DNA of 47,515 nucleotides from Craspedostauros australis (Eukaryota): NCBI GenBank assembly GCA_030167865.1, contig JALAGF010006492.1:1-47515 (forward strand). The letters are read 5' to 3'. The notes beneath the pieces were generated by a model. It was not told the DNA's origin and searched no databases. It saw only the letters and a list, made by a program, of their open reading frames with translations. The translations under genes were made by a program, and so were the position numbers. This document shows, in pieces, positions 34,732 through 45,499 of this stretch. Numbering within the stretch: position 1 is the first letter of the stretch; every line of letters begins with the position of its first letter.

Positions 34732-36075
34732 CATTGTATCCAGACGACTCCAGGACGTACGACAGAGCAGTCGTCGCAAGATGGCCGATGCTCTGCGCGT
34801 ATGGCTTGGGAACATGCATTCTCTGCATGAACACGACCAGCACGATGCTCCTCCTCCTCTGAGAGCACAGGTCTTCCATACCGGGATCAACATGCCGTAC
34901 AAGAACAAAACATATTAAACATTTACACAAAACAAACATAATGGCAGGGTGCAGGTGGAGCAACAATAACAGACAACTCGCAGAATCATGGACGTGGCGG
35001 TCGTTGCGTTGCAGCAAAGGCTACCAGACCACGTACCCACCAACGAGAACGAGTACCAAGACAACGTAACGCAATGCAAGCAGAGATCAATCTCACATAA
35101 TACCTTGACGGGCAACAGATCTGCCTTCTTGCTGACACGAATTGCCTTGCCCGTGCCTGCTGATACCTGCTGGTGCTTGCTCTGCAAATGCTCTCATACA
35201 AATGGAGTACGAGCTATGGTACGTGCATACGAATACTCTAGCAGGTATGGTGCGGCTACGCCCTGATCTGCCGAAGACGCAGTCATCTGTGGGCAACTCC
35301 AATCGTATGCTATGATAGAAAGAAGGACACTCTTTGTACCGATTTCAAGCGTGCGGGATCTGTGGCGAAATAGGAATTACATAGAATATTTCAGAACTTT
35401 CGTGAACAGTCTGAAACAGCCTCTTCGCCGACGTTCTCTGCAGAACTTCCGGGTGCCCTGTGATGTCTCGCGCAAAATTCGGAACGATGTTCTTTTCGGT
35501 GACGATCGCGATGTGCAACGTTTGGGATCCGCGACGGCATCACCCTCGTGAATCGTGATTGGCACGCTTCTTGAGCGCGTTGGTGTCGTGTCACATTCAA
35601 TCGTTCGCCTTCTTCTTCGTCGTCTTTGTTGTTCGGAGGAATCTCTTGTTGTTGGCTGACTGATTGGCCGTTGGATGAATGTTGTTTTGTGGGGGTGTCT
35701 TGCGGGTGTCATGGATGTGGTCATCACCATCACGATTGAACAGCCTCCACCACCGCCATCACAACAACGAAAGACGGACCAAGGAGGAAGAGACCCGATC
35801 ATCCAAAAGCCTATTGGCCAACTATACTTCGCCACACCATACCATACCGTAGCTGCTCTTGCTATACCACAATACGAGTGCGAGAAAGCACAACAGAATT
35901 GAGAGTGACAGCAACACTTGGCGAAGAGGAACACGAAGCAAGACAGAGCCACAGTCGACATTATTGCGCTGGCACACCAATACCCTCCAGTGCTGCTGCT
36001 GTATTCACACTCGTCCATACCCACGGAGCATCGTTGTCAGAACTGACTTGGAAACGTGCGTCGGGAGCAAGCACC

Positions 36076-38191
36076 ATGATACCGGCTGGCGACCATCACT
36101 CGAGGACGTTGCTGTTCCGCAGAATATCCAAGCGGTCGAGTTTCCCACCATCATTGCCAGCAACTCGGCGAGGTGAATCAGAACAGGAGCATGATGACCA
36201 GCAACGCGATGATGATGCGCGGGTGCAGCAGCCACAATCACCGGCGGCATTTCCGTTGGAAGATGAGGGTCTGGACAGCACGAGCCGTCACGATGACGGT
36301 GACAGCCGACACGAGCAGCTGAGACGCCCGTTACTGCTGGACCTGCTGGAGCTCGAAGAACGATCCGCCCATTCTGGCGATAACGACCAGTTCACTGTTC
36401 TGAGTGCAGCAGTCTCGACGGCCGTGAGCAGAACGTTGAAGCGCGTTGGCAAGAACATGAAGCTGTCCATCGTCTTTCTCTTGCTTGTAGCCGCAGGAGT
36501 GTCGAACGCCGTTCTGGCCAAGCTTCAATCCCTTCCAATGTACGTCCTTCTTCGCTCTGCCTGTCTGCATACGTGCATTGATGTATGCGTATGCATGGCG
36601 CTTGCTTTCATCGCTGGATGATGTGCATGCTCGTATGGTACACCGTGATTCGTCACGCAACGCTGTGCCAGAACAAACACCATGCTCTGCACCTTTCCCT
36701 TCGCTCACGCTGGATTCTTTGCCCACTCACACATCTACGAATCTGTTATGCTTCTACTCGTCCTGCACGTACATCCTTCGCTTCTGGAATGGGCCATTGC
36801 CACAATGATGAACGCAATTGCTCCACTCCACATACGATTACATACCCGTGCACAACCGTACACAACCGCACATGCCCTTTCGTACGCCATGCAGGTACAA
36901 CTACCCCACCTTCCTGACCATATACTCCAACCTGATGTACATACCGATCGCATTCATCTATATCCTTCCAGTCAGCTACTTTGGATGGTTCCACAACTCC
37001 ATCCGGCCCAGTCATTGGAAGATGTCCAAGCGTCCCTTCGTCATCATGGGCGCTCTGGATGCCGTGAGTTCGGGTCTCCAGGTTCTCTGCAGTACCTACC
37101 TGCCAGGCACCCTCATCGTCCTCTTGCCTCAGGCAGCGATTCCTTTCAGCATGTTCTTCAGCCGAGTCCTTCTCAAGGAACGCTTCACGGTGCATCAGTA
37201 CGTGGGAGCAGCCATCGTCCTCACAGCCATCGTAACTGTTCTTTATCCAGTCCTGCTCGAGGAGCACGCACCACTCCACTCCTGCCAGGCACTCGAATCC
37301 AATAACTACTGCTTCCTCTGCGAAAGAGCGTTGACCCAGCACGCTTGTCTGTCGCTTGCGACCCACACCGAGATCAATCCAAACACCACCGCCGGTGCTG
37401 ATCTCTTCGCTGCTGATGTCGTTGGGGATGTCATTGGAGATGCCGATCTCGGACGCAACTTCGGCCAAGTTTGCCATTGGGTGTCGCGCAGCGAGTCAAT
37501 CCGGCAAGACGACTTCCTCATCTTCGTTTGGAGCCTGGTCCTTGTGGCGTCCACCATCCCGATGACTCTCTCGAGCATCTACAAGCAGGTGGCCGTGTCC
37601 GAAGATGCTCAGTTCGACCCCATGTTCGTCAATGGATGGGTGGCTGTCTTCCAGTTCCTCTTCAGCCTCCCGCTTTGCATCCCGGCGGCAGTGGCATCGT
37701 CTCCACCCGTGGCACCTTCGAGCCTGCCAGACAATTGGTGGAACGGAATCCAGTGTCTCATGCACTCGGAGAACTTCGTCGAAACTGGCTGCCATCCCGA
37801 TAAGTGCGAAGGTGCCTCGGTTTGGGTCCACCTGGCACTTCTCTCCTCCGTCGCGACAACCATCGCGGTGATCCTCATGCTGAAGTATGGATCGGCATCC
37901 ATCATGTACCTCGCCCTTACGGCGTCCGTGCCGTTGGGTCATCTAGTCTTTGAGCTGCATTCCAAATCTGCCAACCCCTTCTACAACCTGGGCGGCATGA
38001 TCCTTGTTGTGGTGGGACTCCTGCTGTACAGGTTCGGCCATTTCAAACCGGAGCAACATGACGAACTTGACTCGACGCAATCCCGGAACCGACGTTCTCG
38101 GTGGCAGAGCCATGGCAGCGGGGATGACGACAGCCTCGGCGGATACTGGGAGTTCTTGCGCGAACCATTCCTCATGGTCGGGGATGTGTAG
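36076..38191 (+). CDS. CRT-like (chloroquine-resistance-transporter-like, DMT superfamily) transporter (exons 36076-36539, 36895-38191)
   Basis: N.VLAKLQSLP-M-YNYP.FL...YIP..F.YI, KRPFVIMGALDA, LLPQAAIPFSM, QYVGAAIV, NGWVAVFQFL, the Cys loop GIQCL...GCHPDKC and LKYGSA, with about 10 TM helices. Intron 36540-36894 is GT-AG. The start codon is uncertain. Confidence 0.85.
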
Positions 38192-38757
38192 AGTCGGATG
38201 TGACACGGTTGCCTCAATTCCTTACGAGAAGGAGAGATCGAGGACGACGTCCCATGACCAAGAGTGATCGGTCATCTTTGCTGCGAGTATTCATACTCCA
38301 CGCACACTCGCCTTCCCTCTCCCATACCAGATGTGTTGATGAACAGCACATGCTTGCACAAAATTTTGAAAATATCCATATATAATACATATAAATAGTA
38401 TAATATCATGGAAAATGTTAGTCGAATACTCCAGAGTATCAGATTTGTAGTCGTACACAACGCGGCTGTAAGGATCCACGGACTATATTTTATCCCAGCG
38501 AAAGTGCCCGCACATGAATGCTGGTACGTACTAATAGAGTATGCAACAGCGCCACAAGGGGATGCAGCTCTGTTGAGCCACTTCGTCGATTTGGATTCTT
38601 CATCGACCACCTCTCTGCATTTCGCTGGGCTGATTCGCTCTATGCTGTGCTCTTTCAATTTCATCATCTCGTGGATGGCTAAGTTGTGAGTAAGGAAGGG
38701 CTCTGCCCACGACACCGATGCCACCACACATGTCAGCAACCAAACATCGATTGGGCC

Positions 38758-40000
38758 TTAGATCCAGTAGTCTGGAATCTTGAGCGGGCCAGTCTCAGCA
38801 TCGAAGAGGCAACCAGGAAAGTTCTGGGCACCTGGCCACTCTGGGAACCATCCATGGTACTGTTCTCATTGTGTTTCCCAAAGTAGAAATAACGCGAAGC
38901 AAGGCGAGGGTAATACAAGGAATAAACCAAGTGGATGAGATTCTCGTGGATGCAAACAGTGACGAACACAACAGCTGTGCTGCTGGAGGCTCAATAAGGG
39001 CACTCGCTGCAAGAAGCATGCGTATTCAGAGAGTCTGAGTAGATTTGAATGGAATACTGATGGAGTACTCGTGCAATACCATACGCAACATCACTGCTTC
39101 AATTTCGTTTCTGCGAAACAGCAATCAACATCCGACTCGCAACTTGCAATACCTGATATGCAACATGCTTGTGCCACGAGTCGCCGCAAATGACGTAGTG
39201 TATTGGTGGTGCGGCACAGATTTGCGGTATCGTGCACATGGTTGAGAGCAAGTTCATTCAATTCAGTTCAGTTCAGTTCCAATGCAACTTACAGCATGAC
39301 CTGCAGCCGTGACATCCGCGAGCCCCAACAAGAAGAGGAGCACCCCGATGGCAGCGAATCCTGTCGCCTTGGCCTTCACGAGTGAGGATTTGAGCAGCGT
39401 GACATCTTCCTTGTACGAATCGATCTTTGCCTGCGCCACGTTTGGATCACAAACGTCAGTGGATTGTGCGAAGGTGTCAAAGATGGCGCGGATGGCCAAC
39501 GGGTTGGCAGCCTTGTTGGCTTGATCGAAGGCATCGAATGTGATGTATCCCTTGGCAGCCAAGAAGTTGCCTTCGACAGGGAACTTTTGAACGATCTGTT
39601 CGATGCTGAGGCGGTTGTTGACCACCTTCTCGACGTCCTTGACGGAGAGATCCTCCGGATATCCGCACAGTGGGGAAAGCCCCAGAGTGTCCCCACCCAG
39701 GGTTGGACCTTCGCCCGCCAGGCTCTGAATGTACGTCACCTGCTTGTACATGCGTGGGAATGCCGATCGCGCCACGCCTGCTGCGCCGGATCCGCCAAAG
39801 AACCAGACGAAGAACGCGGTTCTGGCGGCCTCGATCTCGGCAGTGATTTCTGGACCGACTGCACTGAGGCTGGTGCTGATGCTAATACCATTGCGGGTCC
39901 GAATGACGGCAGCCGAAGCGGGTGGCGAAGTAATGGGAGCAAATGCTGCTGCCGACGACAGCAGAACCGAAAGAACAACAACGATGTAGGCTGATCTCAT
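38758..40000 (-). CDS. Unknown plastid-targeted membrane protein, ~269 aa (exons 40000-39293, 38859-38758)
   Basis: The bipartite presequence VVVLSVLLSSAAA-FAP is followed by a Ser/Thr/Arg transit peptide and two hydrophobic segments. A GTAAGT...CAG intron joins ...TAAGHA to YHGWFPEWPGAQNFPGCLFDAETGPLKIPDYWI*. Confidence 0.8.
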
Positions 40001-40536
40001 TCTGACGTATTATTTGTATTGGTGCAGAGTATGTATGGCAAGCGATTCTGTGTGGAACTGTAGAAGCGGGAAGATCGAGAGCGTCTTGTGAATTCTTTGG
40101 GTCTCAGCGTGAAGATACAATTCGAGCTCCTCCTCGCAGGACTGGTGCGCCTCCCATGAGTGGACACCATGGTCGAAGTTGCGTTGTAGGCTGTTGTCTG
40201 TGATCGGCATTTCTCTCGTTCTTCGTTGCAACATTGCGAGTATCGGCACCACGATTCGTGACACAACGTCATGAATCGACAAAGTTCAACATGCTCGAGT
40301 CTTGGATAGTCAGCGAATCAGAACAACCTTGTGCGTACCGAAAAACAGAAGAAGGAATGACGCACACATCCACTACCACCACCACCAACAACAACAACAA
40401 CAACAACAACAAGCAACGAATGATGCCAATCAAACACCGACACCCTTGATCCAACGACATCGACAGATTCATCGGCATTCACACCATCAACAAACTCAAC
40501 ATAGTCCCCGCATTCCTTTCGATCGCGTTTCACTGG

Positions 40537-40569
<33 letters not shown>

Positions 40570-40629
40570 ACGGCAACAGCAACGGCAAGCAGCGAATTAC
40601 GGAGCCCTGACAACAGGAAGAACGACCCA

Positions 40630-41502
40630 ATGAGGACATTCTCCACACTGTGCGCGATGCTCATCACGACGACGGCCCGTCGAAGCATCCCATCAACCTT
40701 GGCATTCCAGGTCGATTCGTTTGCTGGCAAGCAACTGGGTGCCAATGCTACGCCATTCCGCCATCAGTCGGCCAGAACCAGCACGCGCCTGTTCTCAACC
40801 CCAAACCTGCCGGAGCTGGGTGGCGGAAGCAAGCGGCTGTTTCTGATCCGCCATGGCGAAGTGATCAATCCCGGCGCGAGCGAAGGCAAGTCCGTCTACT
40901 ACGGCGCCATGGATGTCTCGTTGAGCCCTTTGGGGAAGCAGGAGGCGCAGGCGGCCGCAGGATACTTGTCCAGCGCATGCCCGTCGTTGGCGTTGGTGGC
41001 GTGCAGCCCGCTTTCGCGAGCCGTGTACGGTGCCGAGCAGGTGCTCGCTGAGATCCAAGGAGGCGATTCCGCGTTGCTGCAGGATGACCTCTTCGTCCTC
41101 GATGGATTCAAGGAGCTGGACCGCGGCGCGTGGTGTGGCAAGACGAAGGGGGAGATCGGCCCTGACAACCTGGCCAGATTCGATTCCTGCGACGAGAGCG
41201 TGACGCCGGAAGGTGGGGAGTCGTACCCCCAACTGAAGAGCAGGGTCATTGCCGCCCGCGACGAGGTGCTGGCACGTCTCCCCGATGGACAGGCCGCAGC
41301 CATCGTGTCTCATCTTCAAGTGACGAGATGCATGCTCAGCAACGCCATGGGCATCCCCACCGAGGAGATGTCCCAGTTGCCAGTCGGCACAGCCAGCGTC
41401 ACATGCATCGATTACAACGGAGCCGATGACAACCAGACAGTGCACTTCCAAAGCTTCAAGCCTGAAGTCGGCCTTGCTCAGAGCGCGGACGGGGCAAACT
41501 AA
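40630..41502 (+). CDS. Histidine phosphatase / phosphoglycerate mutase-family protein, probably organelle-targeted, 290 aa
   Basis: LFLIRHGE, LSPLGKQEA, CSPLSRA, ELDRGAWCG, GGES and IVSH motifs, preceded by a presequence-like N-terminus. Confidence 0.88.
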   Translation: MRTFSTLCAMLITTTARRSIPSTLAFQVDSFAGKQLGANATPFRHQSARTSTRLFSTPNLPELGGGSKRLFLIRHGEVINPGASEGKSVYYGAMDVSLSPLGKQEAQAAAGYLSSACPSLALVACSPLSRAVYGAEQVLAEIQGGDSALLQDDLFVLDGFKELDRGAWCGKTKGEIGPDNLARFDSCDESVTPEGGESYPQLKSRVIAARDEVLARLPDGQAAAIVSHLQVTRCMLSNAMGIPTEEMSQLPVGTASVTCIDYNGADDNQTVHFQSFKPEVGLAQSADGAN

Positions 41503-42398
41503 CAGCTCTATTTTGTTATACTTTATGGAACAACTTTGTGCAATCAATCTCACTGGAGAGAGAGAGAGAGAGAGAGAGAGACGGTATGCTGAGGAGTGAA
41601 TGCACCCGAGCAAACGGAAGGAGAGAGCAACGAAAGCAGGGTAGAGCCAAGCAGAGAACGAGTCTCGTGTGGTAGGGGTCAAGAAACTGCGTGGGCGAAA
41701 CTAGTTGATGTTCGTGACTGACCAAGTCGTGATGAAAGATACTCGTCGATGTCGGGCAAGACCAGAGCAGCTTCTTTTCGCTTCTTCGATCTTCGCTGTT
41801 GCGCTCAGCGACCGACCATGGCACAAAACGCAACATGACACAACACGACACGAACAGCGCTTTCTCGCCCGTTGCGAAACAAAGACGTCGTGACTCCTGA
41901 TGACGATGTCCAACATGGCACATTCCTCATCCCACAAAACACCACATCCAAGATCGCATGCATGCGACCATCTCTCTGACCGAGAACATTCACAAACGGC
42001 ACCACATCAGCAAAGCAGAACATCTTGGTCGCACACAAACGTACTTCCTCCAGATCTGCTTGCACTTTCATTTATCTCCGTATAGTAGTAACAAGACTTT
42101 GCGGCACTTTGAGACAAGACGTGCCCGGCAGTTGGGTTGAGTTGAGTTGAGCAGCCGCCGTTGCGACAGGCGAAGAGAGACTGAAGGAAAGAAGGAAGGA
42201 AGGAACGAAGCGACCAACACTTACCTTTTGCAAATCCTCATAAAAGCAACAGCAGGAGCAACGCCACCACGTTTGCAATTCCATCTTCATCTGCATCATC
42301 GTCGTTGATTGCAGCACAGCACACCGCTGAAACCCGTCACGAACCAAGGACACCACTCGAAGTTCAAGAAAAGAACAAGCACAAGCACGCGCCCAAGG

Positions 42399-44639
42399 AT
42401 GAAGCTCCTCGTCGGCAGTCTGCCAAGCAACCGTCTGGCATTGACGAACAAGATCTACATCAACCCAGGAGCGTTGCAGGAGATCAAGTCGTACTATGAC
42501 AGCAACAACATCCCTGTCGGTAGGACACTTCTGGTCACCATTGCCGACAAGCATCCCTTCGCCGTGGACGCCCACAAGGATGTGCCACGCGATCAGGTGG
42601 CGCTGAACGGTCTGCAGCGCAAGTACCTGAAGCTTGCTTTGAGCGCACAGGTCTCCATCGCACCCTTCGTGCCGAAGTCCAGCATGGCCCTGGCAGAGCT
42701 CGAGCTCACCGTCGGCACTCTCTCCAAGAAGAAGGCGGATCCCAAGGCAAGACCCAAAGAAATCGACACGACCCGTCTGGCAGAAACCGTCCTTCTCCTT
42801 CTCGAGGAGCACGTCATGACTCCAGGGCGCAACATGGCCATCGACTTTGAAGGATCCAAGTACGAGCTCACCGTCAAGGAGTGCGGAGTGGCCAACCTGA
42901 AGGGAGACGGCGAGACCAAGTCCGCCAAGCTCGGCCAGCTCCTGTCCCCCACCATCGTCAGCTTCTCGCGCGCCGAAGGCACGACTGGGATCACCCTCAT
43001 CGGGGACAACCTCGCCGAAGGCGCCGGCGGCTCCCCCTCCAACCTCTTCGTATCGGACTTCGACTTTGAAAAACTGGGAATCGGTGGTTTGGATGCCGAG
43101 TTCAATAAGATCTTCCGACGGGCATTCGGATCCCGCATCTGGCCGTCGCACATCATCAAGCAGATGGGCATCAACCACGTCCGCGGTATGCTGCTGTTCG
43201 GACCACCGGGATGCGGAAAGACGCTCATCGCCCGTCAGATCGGAAAGGCGCTCAACGCCAGAGAACCGAAGATCGTCAACGGTCCCGAGATCCTCAGCAA
43301 GTTCGTCGGAGCATCGGAAGAAAAGATCCGCGAGCTCTTCGCGGATGCCGAGAAGGAGCAGATGGAGGCCGGTGACAACAGCATGCTCCACATCGTCATC
43401 ATGGACGAGATGGACGCCATCTGCAAGCAGCGTGGTAGCGTCCGGGATGGAACGGGCGTCTCTGACTCCGTCGTCAACCAGCTGCTCTCCAAGATCGATG
43501 GTGTGGATTCTCTCAACAACATCCTCCTCATCGGAATGACGAATCGTAAGGACATGATCGACGACGCCCTCCTGCGTCCGGGACGTCTGGAGGTCCACGT
43601 CGAGATCGGACTGCCCGACAAGAAGGGCCGCCTGCAAATTCTCAACATCCACACCAAGAACATGAGAAATGCGAAGCGCATCACGCCAGAAGCCTTGGAG
43701 AAGCTGCCCCATGTCGCCGAGAAGACCAAGAACTTTTCCGGTGCCGAAATCGAAGGTCTTGTCAAGGCAGCATCGTCATACGCGCTCACACGTTGCATCG
43801 ACGTCAAGGATCTCGGCAAGGCGCCCGATCCCAAGCAGCTGATCTTGCAGTATGCTGACTTCCAACGTGCGCTGCAAGACGTCGAGCCCAAGTTTGGTGC
43901 CAAATCCACGGAGCTCAAGGCGCTGTACAGAAACGGCATCGTTCCATTCGGACAGAACTTCTCGAACATGATGGCGACCCTGACGCGCTTGGTGGAGCAG
44001 GTTCGCATCAGCGACCGCACGCCGCTCATGAGCGTCCTGCTCCAGGGCGAGTCCTCGTCCGGCAAAACCGCGCTCGCTGCCAAGGTCGCGGTCGACTCTG
44101 GCTTCCCATTCGTGCGAATGATTTCTGCCGATGAGATGATCGGCCATTCCGAATCATCGAAGTGCCAGATCATCCACCGCTCGTTCATGGATTCGTACAA
44201 GAGTCCCCTTTCGTTGATCTTCATCGACGACATCGAGCGCATCATCGACTACGTGCCCATCGGACCGCGCTTCTCCAACACCGTCCTCCAAACCCTGCTG
44301 GTGCTACTGAAGAAGGTCCCGCCGGATGAGGGACGCAAGTTGATGGTCATCGGCACCACATCCTGCCCGCATCTCCTCGAAGATCTCGGATTGACACAGG
44401 CATTCGGCGTGGCCCAATCGATGCCGTTGATCGAGGAACCGAAGGAGGTTTGCGAGGTCCTGCGGGTCGCGGCAGGAATGCAAAAGAACGACGCCATCAG
44501 CATTGCCAAGGCCATCCAGAACAAGCCAATCGGCATCAAGAAGCTCCTCATGATCGCGGAGATGGCCAAGCAAAGCTCATCCGGCGATGCTGTCGACGTC
44601 AACATCTTCATGGAGTGCCTCCATACGGTTGGGTACTAG
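42399..44639 (+). CDS. NSF: Vesicle-fusing ATPase NSF/Sec18, 746 aa, intronless
   Basis: ALTNKIY N-domain; GIGGLDAEFNKIFRRAF; D1 GPPGCGKT, PKIVNGPEILSKFVG, DEMDAICKQRG; D2 GESSSGKT, DSYKSPLS.IFIDDIER, IGPRFSN. Confidence 0.96.
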   Translation: MKLLVGSLPSNRLALTNKIYINPGALQEIKSYYDSNNIPVGRTLLVTIADKHPFAVDAHKDVPRDQVALNGLQRKYLKLALSAQVSIAPFVPKSSMALAELELTVGTLSKKKADPKARPKEIDTTRLAETVLLLLEEHVMTPGRNMAIDFEGSKYELTVKECGVANLKGDGETKSAKLGQLLSPTIVSFSRAEGTTGITLIGDNLAEGAGGSPSNLFVSDFDFEKLGIGGLDAEFNKIFRRAFGSRIWPSHIIKQMGINHVRGMLLFGPPGCGKTLIARQIGKALNAREPKIVNGPEILSKFVGASEEKIRELFADAEKEQMEAGDNSMLHIVIMDEMDAICKQRGSVRDGTGVSDSVVNQLLSKIDGVDSLNNILLIGMTNRKDMIDDALLRPGRLEVHVEIGLPDKKGRLQILNIHTKNMRNAKRITPEALEKLPHVAEKTKNFSGAEIEGLVKAASSYALTRCIDVKDLGKAPDPKQLILQYADFQRALQDVEPKFGAKSTELKALYRNGIVPFGQNFSNMMATLTRLVEQVRISDRTPLMSVLLQGESSSGKTALAAKVAVDSGFPFVRMISADEMIGHSESSKCQIIHRSFMDSYKSPLSLIFIDDIERIIDYVPIGPRFSNTVLQTLLVLLKKVPPDEGRKLMVIGTTSCPHLLEDLGLTQAFGVAQSMPLIEEPKEVCEVLRVAAGMQKNDAISIAKAIQNKPIGIKKLLMIAEMAKQSSSGDAVDVNIFMECLHTVGY

Positions 44640-45226
44640 AGAGAGAGAGAGAGAGAGGGAACCGGGAAGTAGCGGGGCATGGAGGTGTGCTTTGCAGGTC
44701 GATGCTGCATTCTTCCAGGTTGCCACCTTCAAACACCGAAACGTATTGATTGAAGACGGCATGCATCGGCTGCCTGCACAATCCAACAGACAAGGACAGA
44801 TCCTCTCCTCTGAGTAAGGTTGTGGGATTCTGGAGAAAACGAAAATGTAATTACTACACCTAAAATAGAGACCTATGGAACCTCTGGACGTTGGTGCTCT
44901 CCTCGGTGTGAAAGAATACTATCAATACAAGATCGGTGGTATCTGTGCCAATCAGATACCAACAAGAATAAGTGTCTTCCGAATCAGTCCGTTTTGATTC
45001 TCGCGGCTGTCCAAGTACCTCTGCTGGAAGTTCGACCAACACGCACGAAAACGGAATGGGACATGCTACCCACGTGGATGTCTCATCCATAATTGAGGCA
45101 GGTGACTCGTGTCGCACTGAAAACGAGATGGAACAAAACTCCGTCAGCAACCGCACCTCACGCAAAAATGAGCCGTTCTTCTTTTATGATGTTTGTCTTC
45201 TCTTGTGTGACGAACGATCCTTCCCG

Positions 45227-45227
45227 C

Positions 45228-45260
<33 letters not shown>
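45227..45260 (+). repeat. (CAA)n microsatellite upstream of NiR
   Basis: About 11 CAA units. Similar simple repeats occur at ~40386 (CAA), ~41557 and ~44638 (AG), and ~22540 (CT). Confidence 0.9.
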
Positions 45261-45261
<1 letters not shown>

Positions 45262-45499
45262 GTGACATCAACGTTTCGCGGCTTTTCGCACCAATCGACG
45301 AGAGCCTTTTGGTGGAGCTCTGTGCGAATGTGGCACCTGCAAGAGCGAAGAACATCATCGCACACATCAGCTCCAGAGAGAGCAGCATACAGCATCCACA
45401 ATTGAAGCAGAGTGTAATTGGTGATCCATTGCATCCGAGGACGACATCTGAAGTGAAAGAAAGGGCCAGAAGAAATCGTCGACAAATCCACCTACGACT

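Noticed and set aside
42072..43712. Long antisense ORFs (also 46252-47478, 21066-22181, 17900-19039, 6567-7271, 9839-10738)
   Set aside because: Each lies opposite a well-conserved gene and has no motifs; they are explained by codon bias suppressing antisense stops.
163..44639. Functional cluster of trafficking genes (Snf7, PX, NSF) or of proteostasis genes (RPT3, RAD6)
   Set aside because: They are widely separated and interspersed with unrelated genes; chance neighbourhood is sufficient.
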